Source of the DNA: an uncultured Acidobacteriota bacterium | GTDB lineage: Bacteria > Acidobacteriota > JAQAZP01 | NCBI GenBank assembly: GCA_963836075.1 | Contig: CAWIIB010000009.1 | Span: 384,001 to 448,000, forward strand | Reading direction: 5' to 3' | DNA length: 64,000 nt | Shown here: in pieces, positions 39,381 to 48,652 of the stretch | How positions within the stretch are numbered: position 1 is the first letter of the stretch | Layout: every line of letters starts with the position of its first letter | Made by a program: the position numbers and the translations under genes | Notes under the pieces: model-generated | What the model was told of the DNA's origin: nothing | What the model saw: the letters and a program-made list of their open reading frames with translations, nothing else | Database searches by the model: none

Positions 39381-40996
39381 AACCTGATCGCCTCCTGGTA
39401 CCCGCCGAACACTTCTTTCAGTGCCCGGGTGATCTCGCCCACCGTGGCCATGGCCCGCACCGCGGCCATCACCGGGGGAACGAGGTTGTCGTTCGAACCG
39501 GCCGCCCGACGGATCTCCGCCAGAGCACCCTCCACCGCACCCGGGTCACGCAGGGTCCGAATGCGCGCGGTGCGCTGCACCAGCTTCTCCCCCTCGCCGG
39601 GGTCGTAGGGGTGGATCTCCACGTCGCGGGCCTCCTCCCCCTCGTCCATCACGAAGCGGTTGATCCCCACCTTGGGGATGACACCATCCTGGATGCCCTT
39701 CTCCCACTGGTAGGCCCGGCGGGCCACCGCGGCCTGCACGTCGCCGTCGGCAATGGCCTGCAGGATGCCCTTGCCCTGTTCCAGCTCCCGGACCATCTTT
39801 TCGATCCGCTCTTCCAGCTGGTTGGTGATCGTCTCCACGTAGTACGAGCCGGCCAGCGGGTCGACGGTGTCGCAGAGCCCCATCTCCTCCTGGAGGATCT
39901 GCATCGTGCGCAGGGAGATCCGCGCCGCCTTCTCGCTGGGGATGGTGTAGGCCTCGTCGTAGGAACAGAGGGCCATGGTCTGCGTCCCGGAAAGGGCGCT
40001 GATCAGGGCGTAGTATGCGCCGCGGACGATGTTGTTCTCCGGCTGCTGGATGGTCAGCCCGCCCCCGCCGCCGCCGGCGATCATCCGCAGCAGCATGGAG
40101 CGCGGGTTCTGCGCGCCGTAGTCCTCCTTGATCATCCGCGCCCAGAGACGCCGCCCGGCGCGGAACTTGGCGATCTGCTCGAAGAAGTTGCCGTGGATGT
40201 CGAAGTTGAAGGAGAGCCGCGGGGCGAACTCGTCGATGGTCATCCCCCGGGCCAGCACGTGGTCGATATAGGCCCGGGCGATGGCGAAGCCGTAGGCCAT
40301 CTCCTGCACCGGGTCGGCCCCCGACTCGCGGATGTGGTAGCCGCAGACCGAGACCGGGGAGTACTTGGGCATGTGCTCGGCGCACCAGGTGATGGTGTCA
40401 CCCACCAGGCGCACCGACGGCTCCACCGGGAAGACCCAGGTGCCGCGGCCGACGAACTCCTTGAGGATGTCGTTCTGGGCCGTGCCCCGCAGTTTGGTCA
40501 GGTCGTAGCCCCGTTTCTCGGCCAGGGCGAAGTACATCGCCATCAGGGTGATCGCCGCGCCGTTGATGGTCAGCGACACGGTGATCTTCTCCAGATCGAT
40601 GCCCTCGAAGGCTTCCTCCATGTCGGCCAGCGTGTCCACCGCCATCCCCACCCGGCCCACCTCGCCGGCGGCCATGGGATCGTCGCTGTCCAGCCCCACC
40701 TGGGTCGGCAGGTCAAAGGCCACGTTGAGGCCGGTGTTCCCCTGGGCGATGAGGTATTTGAAGCGCTGGTTGGTGTCGGCGGCCGACCCGAAGCCCGAAT
40801 ACTGGCGCATGGTCCAGGGCCGCTTGCGATACATTTCGGGGTGGATGCCCCGGGTGAAGGGATACTCGCCCGGCCGGCCGATGCTTCCCGCGCCGCCGCT
40901 GGCCTCCAGCTCTTCCGGGCCGTAGACCGGCTTGACCTCGATGCCCGATTCGAGAACCACGGGGGGGATGTCCTTTTTACTGTCGCTGTTGCTCAT
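39377..40996 (-). CDS. AdoCbl-dependent acyl-CoA mutase, large subunit (methylmalonyl-CoA mutase family, divergent)
   Basis: PGEYPFTRG, WTMRQYSGF, AFDLPTQ.G.DSD, QNDILKE, GYHIRESG, YDEA, DPLAGSYYVE. Confidence 0.93.
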   Translation of the reverse strand: MSNSDSKKDIPPVVLESGIEVKPVYGPEELEASGGAGSIGRPGEYPFTRGIHPEMYRKRPWTMRQYSGFGSAADTNQRFKYLIAQGNTGLNVAFDLPTQVGLDSDDPMAAGEVGRVGMAVDTLADMEEAFEGIDLEKITVSLTINGAAITLMAMYFALAEKRGYDLTKLRGTAQNDILKEFVGRGTWVFPVEPSVRLVGDTITWCAEHMPKYSPVSVCGYHIRESGADPVQEMAYGFAIARAYIDHVLARGMTIDEFAPRLSFNFDIHGNFFEQIAKFRAGRRLWARMIKEDYGAQNPRSMLLRMIAGGGGGGLTIQQPENNIVRGAYYALISALSGTQTMALCSYDEAYTIPSEKAARISLRTMQILQEEMGLCDTVDPLAGSYYVETITNQLEERIEKMVRELEQGKGILQAIADGDVQAAVARRAYQWEKGIQDGVIPKVGINRFVMDEGEEARDVEIHPYDPGEGEKLVQRTARIRTLRDPGAVEGALAEIRRAAGSNDNLVPPVMAAVRAMATVGEITRALKEVFGGYQEAIRF

Positions 40997-41091
40997 CGAT
41001 CAGGCTCCAAAACGTTTATGTCAGATTCGGCGTAATCTCTTCGTTCACAATTTGCAGCACTGCCGGCGTGGCGATCTTCGGAATGCCGCTC

Positions 41092-41244
41092 TCACTTCTT
41101 CCTGAATTTCAGGAACAGCCCCAGGGCGAGCATGATCCCCCCCAGCATCAGGAGCGCCGTGTTGCCGTAGTTGAAGCCGATGACCAGGAACACGATGCCC
41201 AGGACCAGGCCGATCAGCGGCGCCTGTTTCTTCAGGTCATCCAT
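41092..41244 (-). CDS. 50-aa two-TM membrane peptide (not in ORF track)
   Basis: MDDLKKQAPLIGLVLGIVFLVIGFNYGNTALLMLGGIMLALGLFLKFRKK; GC3-biased codons; fills the gap between the mutase subunit genes. Confidence 0.7.
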   Translation of the reverse strand: MDDLKKQAPLIGLVLGIVFLVIGFNYGNTALLMLGGIMLALGLFLKFRKK

Positions 41245-41252
41245 ATCCACGA

Positions 41253-41660
41253 TCAGTCCCCCCGCCCCATCCGCTCGTTGATGAAGGCCACCATCTCTTC
41301 CAGCCTGGCCCCGGTGGAGAAGACCCGGGCCACGCCGAGGGCCTCCAGTGCCGCATGATCACTCTTGGGAACATTGCCCCCCACGATCCAGAGCTTGTCA
41401 CCCAGGCCCTGCTCTTCGAAGAGCGTCTTCAACTGGGTGCAGATCGGCAGGTGGGCTCCGGTCATGACGGAAAGGCCGATGACATCCACATCTCTTGCCT
41501 TTGCCGCTTCGACAATGTCTTCCGGCGACTGGCGCAGGCCGGTGTAAAAGACGTCCATGCCGGCGGCGGACAAAGCCTGCACCACCACCTTGGCCCCCTG
41601 GTCGTGGCCGTCGAGGCCCGGTTTGGCCAGCAGCACGCGGATCGGTTTTTTCTCACTCAT
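41253..41660 (-). CDS. Cobalamin-binding small subunit of the mutase
   Basis: AKPGLDGHDQGAK (DxHxxG), GLRQSPE, GLSVMTGAH, VGGNVP. Confidence 0.93.
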   Translation of the reverse strand: MSEKKPIRVLLAKPGLDGHDQGAKVVVQALSAAGMDVFYTGLRQSPEDIVEAAKARDVDVIGLSVMTGAHLPICTQLKTLFEEQGLGDKLWIVGGNVPKSDHAALEALGVARVFSTGARLEEMVAFINERMGRGD

Positions 41661-41672
41661 GGTCGAAATACC

Positions 41673-42812
41673 TCACAGGCCGATTTCCTTGGCGATGATC
41701 AGGTCGAGGATTTCCGAGGTGCCGCCGCCGAAGAGGGTGAAGCGGACGTCCCTGAGGTGGCGCTGCACCGGGTATTCCATGGCGTAACCATACGAGGCGA
41801 GCACCCGGGAGGCCACGTCGCAGGCCCGCACCGCCGCCTCGGAGGCGAAGAGCTTGGCCATGGAGGCTTCCTTCATGTTGGACATCTCGTTGGCCTCGCG
41901 CCAGGTGGCGTAATCCATCAAACGCCGGGATGCCTCCAGCTCGGTGGCCGCCTCGGCCATCTTGACCTTCAGCGCCTGGAACTTGCCCACCGGCTTGCCG
42001 AACTGCTTCCGCTCATTGGCATACTGGATCGCGTATTCCAGGGCCGCCTCCCCCGGCCCCTGGGCCAGGGCGGCGGTGGTCAGCCGGATCTTGGTCAGGA
42101 TCTCGGTGAGGTAGTCCCGGCCGCCGTGCAGCTCGCCCAGCAGGTGGTCCTCCGGCACCACCACGCCCTCGAAAGCCACCTCGGAGTTCACCGATCCCCA
42201 GAGCCCCATCTTCTCGATGGTCTTGCCCACGGTGAGGCCGGGTGTCCCCTTCTCCACCAGGAAGACGCTCAGCTCTTTCTTCTCGCCGGTAAGGGCAAAG
42301 ACGGTGAACAGGTCGGCAATGGGCGCCGAGGTGATCCAGGTCTTGGTGCCGTCGATCTGCCAGCCGCCGTCCACCCTGGTGGCCCGGGTGGCGATGGCCC
42401 CCAGGTCGCTGCCCGCCTCCGGTTCGGTGATGCAGATGGTGCCCACCAGGTCGCCGTTGATCGCCGGCTTGAGGAACTTCTCGTGCAGTTCACTGTTGTC
42501 GGAGCGGTAGATGAAGTAGGTGCCCATCAGCGACTGCATGGTGCAGAGGGCGGCCACGGACAGCGAGGCCCGGGCCAGCTCTTCGATGGCGATGAGGTAA
42601 CCGCGCACGCCGCACTCGGTCCCGCCGCACGACTCGGGGTAGCGCATGCCGAAGAGCCCCAGCTGGCCCACCTGGCGGAACAGTTCGGGCGGCACGCCCT
42701 TGGCCCGGTCGATCTCCTCGGCCCGCGGGGCCACCTGCTCGGTGGCGAAGCGGCGGAAGGTCTCGCGGATCAGTTCCTCTTCCTCGCTGTAGGTGAAATC
42801 GAGCATGGTCAC
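41673..42812 (-). CDS. Acyl-CoA dehydrogenase
   Basis: ITEPEAGSD, GTKTWIT, KMGL, RKQFGKP..FQ, ASMAK, YGYAMEYPVQR, TLFGGGTSEI. Confidence 0.93.
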   Translation of the reverse strand: MTMLDFTYSEEEELIRETFRRFATEQVAPRAEEIDRAKGVPPELFRQVGQLGLFGMRYPESCGGTECGVRGYLIAIEELARASLSVAALCTMQSLMGTYFIYRSDNSELHEKFLKPAINGDLVGTICITEPEAGSDLGAIATRATRVDGGWQIDGTKTWITSAPIADLFTVFALTGEKKELSVFLVEKGTPGLTVGKTIEKMGLWGSVNSEVAFEGVVVPEDHLLGELHGGRDYLTEILTKIRLTTAALAQGPGEAALEYAIQYANERKQFGKPVGKFQALKVKMAEAATELEASRRLMDYATWREANEMSNMKEASMAKLFASEAAVRACDVASRVLASYGYAMEYPVQRHLRDVRFTLFGGGTSEILDLIIAKEIGL

Positions 42813-43106
42813 TCCGTCATTTCAGCCGGTGTGGTATCAGCTGGGCCGCAAACAGGCCGAAGGCCGCATCGGTGCAGTCCATATCTCAGATTGTGAACCC
42901 GGAGGTCGGAATACCGCTTCACCGAATCAACTTCGATTGCACACTGAGGATAAACGCTAGCAACAGCGAACCTTATTCTGTTCCAACACGCAGGGGAGGG
43001 GTAGAACTGTCGGCTGATCAGGCCCCTGCGGACATATTCAATCTGGCAGGGCAGTAGATACCGGAAGTATAAGTCAGGTGGGGTCGGCGTTCAAGGAGAT
43101 GACACT

Positions 43107-44555
43107 TTACTCCAGATAGCCCAGCGCTTTGAGCCGCCGGGTGGTGTCGGCCAGCTGTTCCGGGTCGAACCGGCTGGGCAACGGGTCGGCCTCCCTGTTC
43201 CAGGTCCCCAGGCGCTTCCGCAACTCGTCCGCCTTGCGCTTCCAGCGCGGGTCGCCGGTGCGCAGCAGGTTGCGGGTCTCGTGGGGGTCCCGCGAAAGGT
43301 CATACAGCGCCTGGTCTTTGCGGTAGAGGGACATCTGGTATTTGAAGTCTCCGTCCCAGACACAGACCATCTTGGCGAAGTTTGGCCACTGTGCCGCGGG
43401 CAGGTCAGCATCGCCCGGCGCCCGCACCGCTTCACCGAAGCGGATGCGGGGCGGACTGTTCGCCTTGTCCTTGTCCAGTTGGATGGGCTGACCGTCGATG
43501 CCGGGCGGTTGCGGCATCTCGAGACGGTGAAGAACGGTGGGCAGGATATCGATGCTCGCCGTCACCCCGGGGATCTCCGTTCCGGCCCGGGCCGCCCCGG
43601 GCAGCCGGATGATGCCCACCGCGTCCATCTCGGTCTCGTAGGTCGACCAGCCGTGGCTGATCATCCCCCCGTGTTCCCCGATGTTCTCGCCATGGTCGCT
43701 GGTCACCACCAGCATGGACTGGTCGAGGATCCCGCTCTGGCGGAGATAATCGAACAGGCGGCCCAGTTGGTCATCCATGTAAGAGACTTCACCGGCATAG
43801 GCCCGGCGGGCGCGGTTGAACTGCTCGTCCAGGGAGGGCCGCCCACCAGCGCCCGGTTCCGCTCCCGGGACGTCGGTCACGCCGCCGGGACCGTACATCG
43901 TGTCGAAGGGCGGCGGCGGAGTGTGGGGTGCGTGGGCGTCGAAGTAGTGGATGAAGAGGAACAGCCGTTCCTTCCCGCTCCGGCCCTCCAGGTGGCTGAT
44001 CACGGCGTCGGTTACCGTCTCGGCGCTGCGCTGATTCTGGTCGGCGCCGAAGGTCCCCACTTCGATATCAAAGTTCTCGTCGAAGTAGTCGAACCCCTGG
44101 TTGAAGCGGAACCGGCTTTCCAGGGCAAAGGAACCGAGGAACCCCGCGGTGTGGAATCCGGCGTCCCCCAGGATCTCAGCCAGCATCAGGTTCTCGGGAT
44201 TCACCAGGTAGCCGTTGCTCACCACCCCGTGGGTGTGGGGGTAGTTGCCGGTGAGCAGGGACAGGTGGGAAGGCAGGGTTGCCGAGACCACGGTGCGGTA
44301 GTTGAGCAGCAGGATCGATTCCCGGGCCAGCTGGTCCAGGTGGGGCGTCCGGGCCCAGTCGTTGCCGTAGCAGCCGATGTGGTCGGTGCGCGTGGTGTCG
44401 AGGGAGATGAAAATCACGTGGCGCATAGCACCGTCCCTGGAGGGCCCGGTGCCGGAGCAGGACGGGATGGCGAGCAGGGAGGCCAGGCTCACGAGAAGGA
44501 CAAGCACCCGCAGGCCGGTTCTTCTCCCTCTGGTCGAAATACGGTTGTACAACAT
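43107..44555 (-). CDS. Second sulfatase-like lipoprotein
   Basis: AIPSC lipobox-like site; FISLDTTRTDH, TLPSHLSLLTG, HYFDAH, TSDHGE, terminal LKALGY. Confidence 0.88.
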   Translation of the reverse strand: MLYNRISTRGRRTGLRVLVLLVSLASLLAIPSCSGTGPSRDGAMRHVIFISLDTTRTDHIGCYGNDWARTPHLDQLARESILLLNYRTVVSATLPSHLSLLTGNYPHTHGVVSNGYLVNPENLMLAEILGDAGFHTAGFLGSFALESRFRFNQGFDYFDENFDIEVGTFGADQNQRSAETVTDAVISHLEGRSGKERLFLFIHYFDAHAPHTPPPPFDTMYGPGGVTDVPGAEPGAGGRPSLDEQFNRARRAYAGEVSYMDDQLGRLFDYLRQSGILDQSMLVVTSDHGENIGEHGGMISHGWSTYETEMDAVGIIRLPGAARAGTEIPGVTASIDILPTVLHRLEMPQPPGIDGQPIQLDKDKANSPPRIRFGEAVRAPGDADLPAAQWPNFAKMVCVWDGDFKYQMSLYRKDQALYDLSRDPHETRNLLRTGDPRWKRKADELRKRLGTWNREADPLPSRFDPEQLADTTRRLKALGYLE

Positions 44556-44812
44556 GTTGACCGGTCTCTCACCACGCCTGGATCGGCACCCAGCTCACTC
44601 TCCATGCTCCGGGAGCAAGGATAGGTGAGCGCAATGATTTGGTCAATCGGACGGCAAGGGCCGGCAGCTTGACTGCTCAATGATGATTCCCTATCCTTTT
44701 CGAAACACTTTTCACCAGACTGGCAACTTAATACGGCACACTCTTTCGTCCGGTCATCCACGGATGGCAACAGGCCCGGGAGCATCCGTGGATGAGGGGC
44801 AGCGATCGTCGC

Positions 44813-47338
44813 ATGAATCTTCGCCGGCTCATCAGCACGCTCATCCTGTCCGTGGGGCTCCTCGTTTCGTATGCCGGGGCCGATACCCTGAGACTTGCCG
44901 ACGGCACGGTTCTGACAGGCGAGGTCAGACTGGTCACCGACTCGATCATCGAGGTGAAGACGGACGGAAAGGTCCGCTTCATCAGCCTGAACAAGGTCCA
45001 TCCTGAAGACCGGGCCCGTTTCGAGAAGCAGGCGGATCCCCCGGACGGCGCCGCGGAGGCCCCCGGGACACCTGGCGGCGACACACTGCCCGGCACGTCT
45101 GACAGCGCAGGAATCCCCACACCGCCGGCCGCAGCGGAGGCCGCAGCTCAGGATGTTCCGTGGGACGGGGAGACGCTGGACGTCCCGATCCTGACACGAA
45201 CAGCCTTCAGCGTGGACACGGCGCAAGCCACCCGCGTGAAAGCCGCCGAAGCGCTTCACCGGCTGGGATACGACGGCCCGGTGGACCCGCTGATCGAGCA
45301 GTTCGGCTCAACGGACGAGATGGTCGCCGCCCAGGCCCTGCAGGTGATGAGAAAGATGCCGTCCCTGCGCATGCTGGAGCCCATTCTGGCAAGGTTTACG
45401 GAATACCGGTGGCAGGACAAGGAAAACGTGCGCTGGTTTGGCGAGATTCTGGCCGCCATGGGGGACTCCGCCGTGCCGCGGATCATCGAGGTCTCGCAGC
45501 AGTCCGACTACCGCAAAGGCTACGACCTGATCACGGTAATGGGATTCCTCGATGATCCCCGCATCACCACTCATCTCGTGCAGCTCGTGGAACAGATGGA
45601 GAGCGGGTACCCGAGAGAGGAGGCTTTTGATTCGCTGGCCCGGATCGGGACACCGGAAGCGGTGGAAGCGATCATCGGGCCGCTGTGTCAGGCGGTGGAA
45701 AACGATACCAGTGACAACCTGGACTGTATGTGGGCCATCGGGACCCTCGGTGAACTGGGGGACAAGCGCGGTGTGGAGCCGTTGATCCACGCCCTGAAAC
45801 GTGAGTCCGAGCCTTCGGGCAGCCAGTACGCCATCGCGGAAGCCCTGGTGAAGATCAAGGACCCCAGGGCCCTGGGCCCGCTGATCGGCAAGCTGCGAAG
45901 CTCGAACATGGAAATGCGTCACCTGGCGGCCGAGGCCCTCGGCGGGCTGGGGGATCCCGCCGCGATCAAACCGCTGATGAGCCTGATGGTCTATCTGGAT
46001 GAAGATCTGCGCATGACGGCGGCGGAAGGCATCGGCATGATCGGTGACCTGAGAACGGCGGGGGTGTTGATCGGGTATCTCGATGCCTGCCCCGGTGACG
46101 AGAATACATACGAACCGCTGGTGGGTCTTGGCGAGATGGGCGGCAAGCGAGTCTACCGCGCCATCCAGCAGCGCATGAGCAGGGAACCTGCCGACGGGAT
46201 GACGGAGTACCATGGTCAGCAGGCCCTGGACAAGATCGACAGCGCCGGCACTGCTGAAGCGGAAGTGTCTGCAGGAGAGACATCCCTCTGGCACTTTTCG
46301 TGCTGGCTCGGCTTCCTCGTCCGCTGGCTGCTGATCGCCATCATCTGGTACCGCCTGATCGTTAACCCGGCCCGGGACGCCGAAGACCAGACGGCACGAA
46401 AACCCTCATGGTTCGAGCGTTTTGTCTTGCTTACCCTTGCCGGCTTGTGCGTCGTCCGTCTTTTATACGTGCTCATCTTCCACCTGAACCCCGGTGTGCT
46501 CACGCTGGTGGTCTCCACCGGCATGCCCCTGGGCCGCTATGTCCTCTGTGCCGTGATGGACCTGCTGGTGGTGCTGCTGGCCGTTCGCGGCGCCTGGCGC
46601 CGGCGGCCCTGGGGCTGGCCCCTGCTGCTCGCCTATCTCCCGATAGCCGCACTGCTCAGCCTCTATGACTACGGGTACTGGACGATGGTCATGCTGGTCG
46701 GCGCCTTTGGTGGCCTCGTCGCCCTTGGCGCCTGGCTGCTTGGCGAACGTCTGTCACTCCGCCCTGTCACATCCGAAACAAGGGTTGAACAGGTCGTGAT
46801 CGAACACCCCTGGTTCACCAGACCCTTCCTCACCGCCCTGGTTCTGCTCAACTCGGCCCGCCTGCTGATCGCGGTGGCGGCATCCGTCCTCTTCCTCGGC
46901 TTCACCATGACCTGGGGCTGGGACGCATTCACTATCCTGCTCGGTGTGCTGGCGGCCGCCATCGCCGGCGTTGCTGATGCCGCTTTGGTCTACCTGGTTA
47001 ACAAACTGCTGCTGATGTTGTTCTGCAGGGCTCGGCGGGGACCGACGTGGGTTGAGCGGACCATTGACGGAGTGAGCGGGCTTGTCCTGGCCGGCCTCTG
47101 CATCCTCGCCTTCGGCGCGTGTGTTGGAAGCGGGGTGGAGGAATCAGAAAACATCCCGGAGATGATCCTGAGTTCAGCAGCGCCGCTCCTGCTGATCGGG
47201 ATCATCAGCATCTATCCCGTTCTCCAGGTCTGGAGAAACAGGGAACAGAGAATCCTGCGCTACTACGTGATCGCCACCATCGTGGCCTACTTCCTGGCGC
47301 AGCCCCTCGCCTGGCTCTGGATAACGAAGCTGCAATAG
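44813..47338 (+). CDS. Membrane protein: signal peptide, SHD1-like N-domain, PBS/HEAT repeats, polytopic C-terminal region
   Basis: AGA-D cleavage; repeats AAEALGGLGDPAAIKPL, ALVKIKDPRALGPL; about 10 hydrophobic helices at the C-terminus. Confidence 0.8.
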   Translation: MNLRRLISTLILSVGLLVSYAGADTLRLADGTVLTGEVRLVTDSIIEVKTDGKVRFISLNKVHPEDRARFEKQADPPDGAAEAPGTPGGDTLPGTSDSAGIPTPPAAAEAAAQDVPWDGETLDVPILTRTAFSVDTAQATRVKAAEALHRLGYDGPVDPLIEQFGSTDEMVAAQALQVMRKMPSLRMLEPILARFTEYRWQDKENVRWFGEILAAMGDSAVPRIIEVSQQSDYRKGYDLITVMGFLDDPRITTHLVQLVEQMESGYPREEAFDSLARIGTPEAVEAIIGPLCQAVENDTSDNLDCMWAIGTLGELGDKRGVEPLIHALKRESEPSGSQYAIAEALVKIKDPRALGPLIGKLRSSNMEMRHLAAEALGGLGDPAAIKPLMSLMVYLDEDLRMTAAEGIGMIGDLRTAGVLIGYLDACPGDENTYEPLVGLGEMGGKRVYRAIQQRMSREPADGMTEYHGQQALDKIDSAGTAEAEVSAGETSLWHFSCWLGFLVRWLLIAIIWYRLIVNPARDAEDQTARKPSWFERFVLLTLAGLCVVRLLYVLIFHLNPGVLTLVVSTGMPLGRYVLCAVMDLLVVLLAVRGAWRRRPWGWPLLLAYLPIAALLSLYDYGYWTMVMLVGAFGGLVALGAWLLGERLSLRPVTSETRVEQVVIEHPWFTRPFLTALVLLNSARLLIAVAASVLFLGFTMTWGWDAFTILLGVLAAAIAGVADAALVYLVNKLLLMLFCRARRGPTWVERTIDGVSGLVLAGLCILAFGACVGSGVEESENIPEMILSSAAPLLLIGIISIYPVLQVWRNREQRILRYYVIATIVAYFLAQPLAWLWITKLQ

Positions 47339-47382
47339 GAGCCTACGCACGAGGTGACGATCTCCAGTGCAGGGTATTGCAT

Positions 47383-48597
47383 ATGAGCATCAAGCGTAGA
47401 GTCATCTCGCAGGGCAAGAAGCTCATCCCTCGCCCGCTGTTGCCCCTCTTCACATCACTGAGAAACATTCGAACCTTCTACCCGCCGTATCTCTTCTCCG
47501 ACGGCCTGGCAAAACCTCCCGACATCGTCGAGATCGAAATCACCCACCGGTGCAATTGCCGCTGCAGAATGTGCGCGCTGCACGAAAACAGGGAAATCAG
47601 CGACGAAATCGAGCGCCGGGCCCATGATGAACTGCCGGTCAAGGCCTGGAAGGAGATTTTCGACGATCTCAGTGCCTCCGGGGTCCGGCAGGTGACCCTC
47701 TCGGGTGGCGAACCGCTGGTCAAGGAGCAGCTGGCGGAGCTCCTCAGCCATGCGCGGCACTGTGGCCTGGCAATCTCGATCATCACCAACGGCAGTCTGA
47801 TCGACCGCTCCATGGCCGAGTTGCTGGTGGATCTGCCAGTTGATCTGCTGATGATTTCTCTGGACGGCCCGCGCCAGGTCCACAACACTGTCCGGCGACA
47901 GGATGTGTTTGACGCCGTGATGGACGGCATCGACCTGATCCAGATGGAAAAGAAGAGAAGGTCACGTCAGTCCCCCAGAATGCTCTTCCTCTGCACGATT
48001 ACGAAGATGAATCAGAGCGATCTGACCGACGTGTTGAAAATCGGCCACGCCAAGAGGATGCCGGTCTATTTCAGCAGGCTTTTCTACACCACCGAAAATA
48101 TGTTGCGCGAAACGGACGCGATCTATCCCCTCGGTGCGGCGAAAACAGAAGATCAGATTTCCATCGGAAAGATGAAGACGGTGGACGTGGATGTCCTGTA
48201 CAACGAACTGCAACGTTTGAAGGCCGTCGCCAGGGACCATCCTGTGGAATACCGCTGCGAACTGAGAACCCGCAAAGACATCCAGAACTTCTACTATGAC
48301 GACAACTTCTCATTTGCCAACAAGTGTTTCTATCCCTGGCAGTCCGCCCGCGTCGACCCCCGGGGCCTTGTCTACCCCTGTTCGATGAATACGGAGATGG
48401 GGAACCTGATGGAGACTTCATTCGCCGAGATCTGGAACGGTCCCCGCTATATCCACTTCAGGCAGGCGCTGAAGAAGGTGCGCATTTTCCCAAAATGCCG
48501 CAAATGTTGCGAACTCTCCAAATGGCACGCTTTTCGGAGTTATCTGCCGAGCCTGCCTGCCGGCCTCACTCGCCGGAAGAGCAGACCCCCGGGATGA
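47383..48597 (+). CDS. Radical SAM protein with SPASM/twitch domain
   Basis: CNCRCRMC, SGGEPL, ITNG, ISLDG; CFYPW..VYPC..GNL..EIWNG..CRKCC. Confidence 0.9.
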   Translation: MSIKRRVISQGKKLIPRPLLPLFTSLRNIRTFYPPYLFSDGLAKPPDIVEIEITHRCNCRCRMCALHENREISDEIERRAHDELPVKAWKEIFDDLSASGVRQVTLSGGEPLVKEQLAELLSHARHCGLAISIITNGSLIDRSMAELLVDLPVDLLMISLDGPRQVHNTVRRQDVFDAVMDGIDLIQMEKKRRSRQSPRMLFLCTITKMNQSDLTDVLKIGHAKRMPVYFSRLFYTTENMLRETDAIYPLGAAKTEDQISIGKMKTVDVDVLYNELQRLKAVARDHPVEYRCELRTRKDIQNFYYDDNFSFANKCFYPWQSARVDPRGLVYPCSMNTEMGNLMETSFAEIWNGPRYIHFRQALKKVRIFPKCRKCCELSKWHAFRSYLPSLPAGLTRRKSRPPG

Positions 48598-48652
48598 ACC
48601 CCTCTCATCCTCTCCGTCTCCTTCTCGTCGAGCTGGAGGGTCTCGTCAACGA

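Noticed and set aside
47383-48597. RiPP maturase or anaerobic sulfatase-maturating enzyme
   Set aside because: No PqqD/RRE domain or precursor seen; short twitch-like Cys set; the nearby sulfatase-like proteins lack the formylglycine motif
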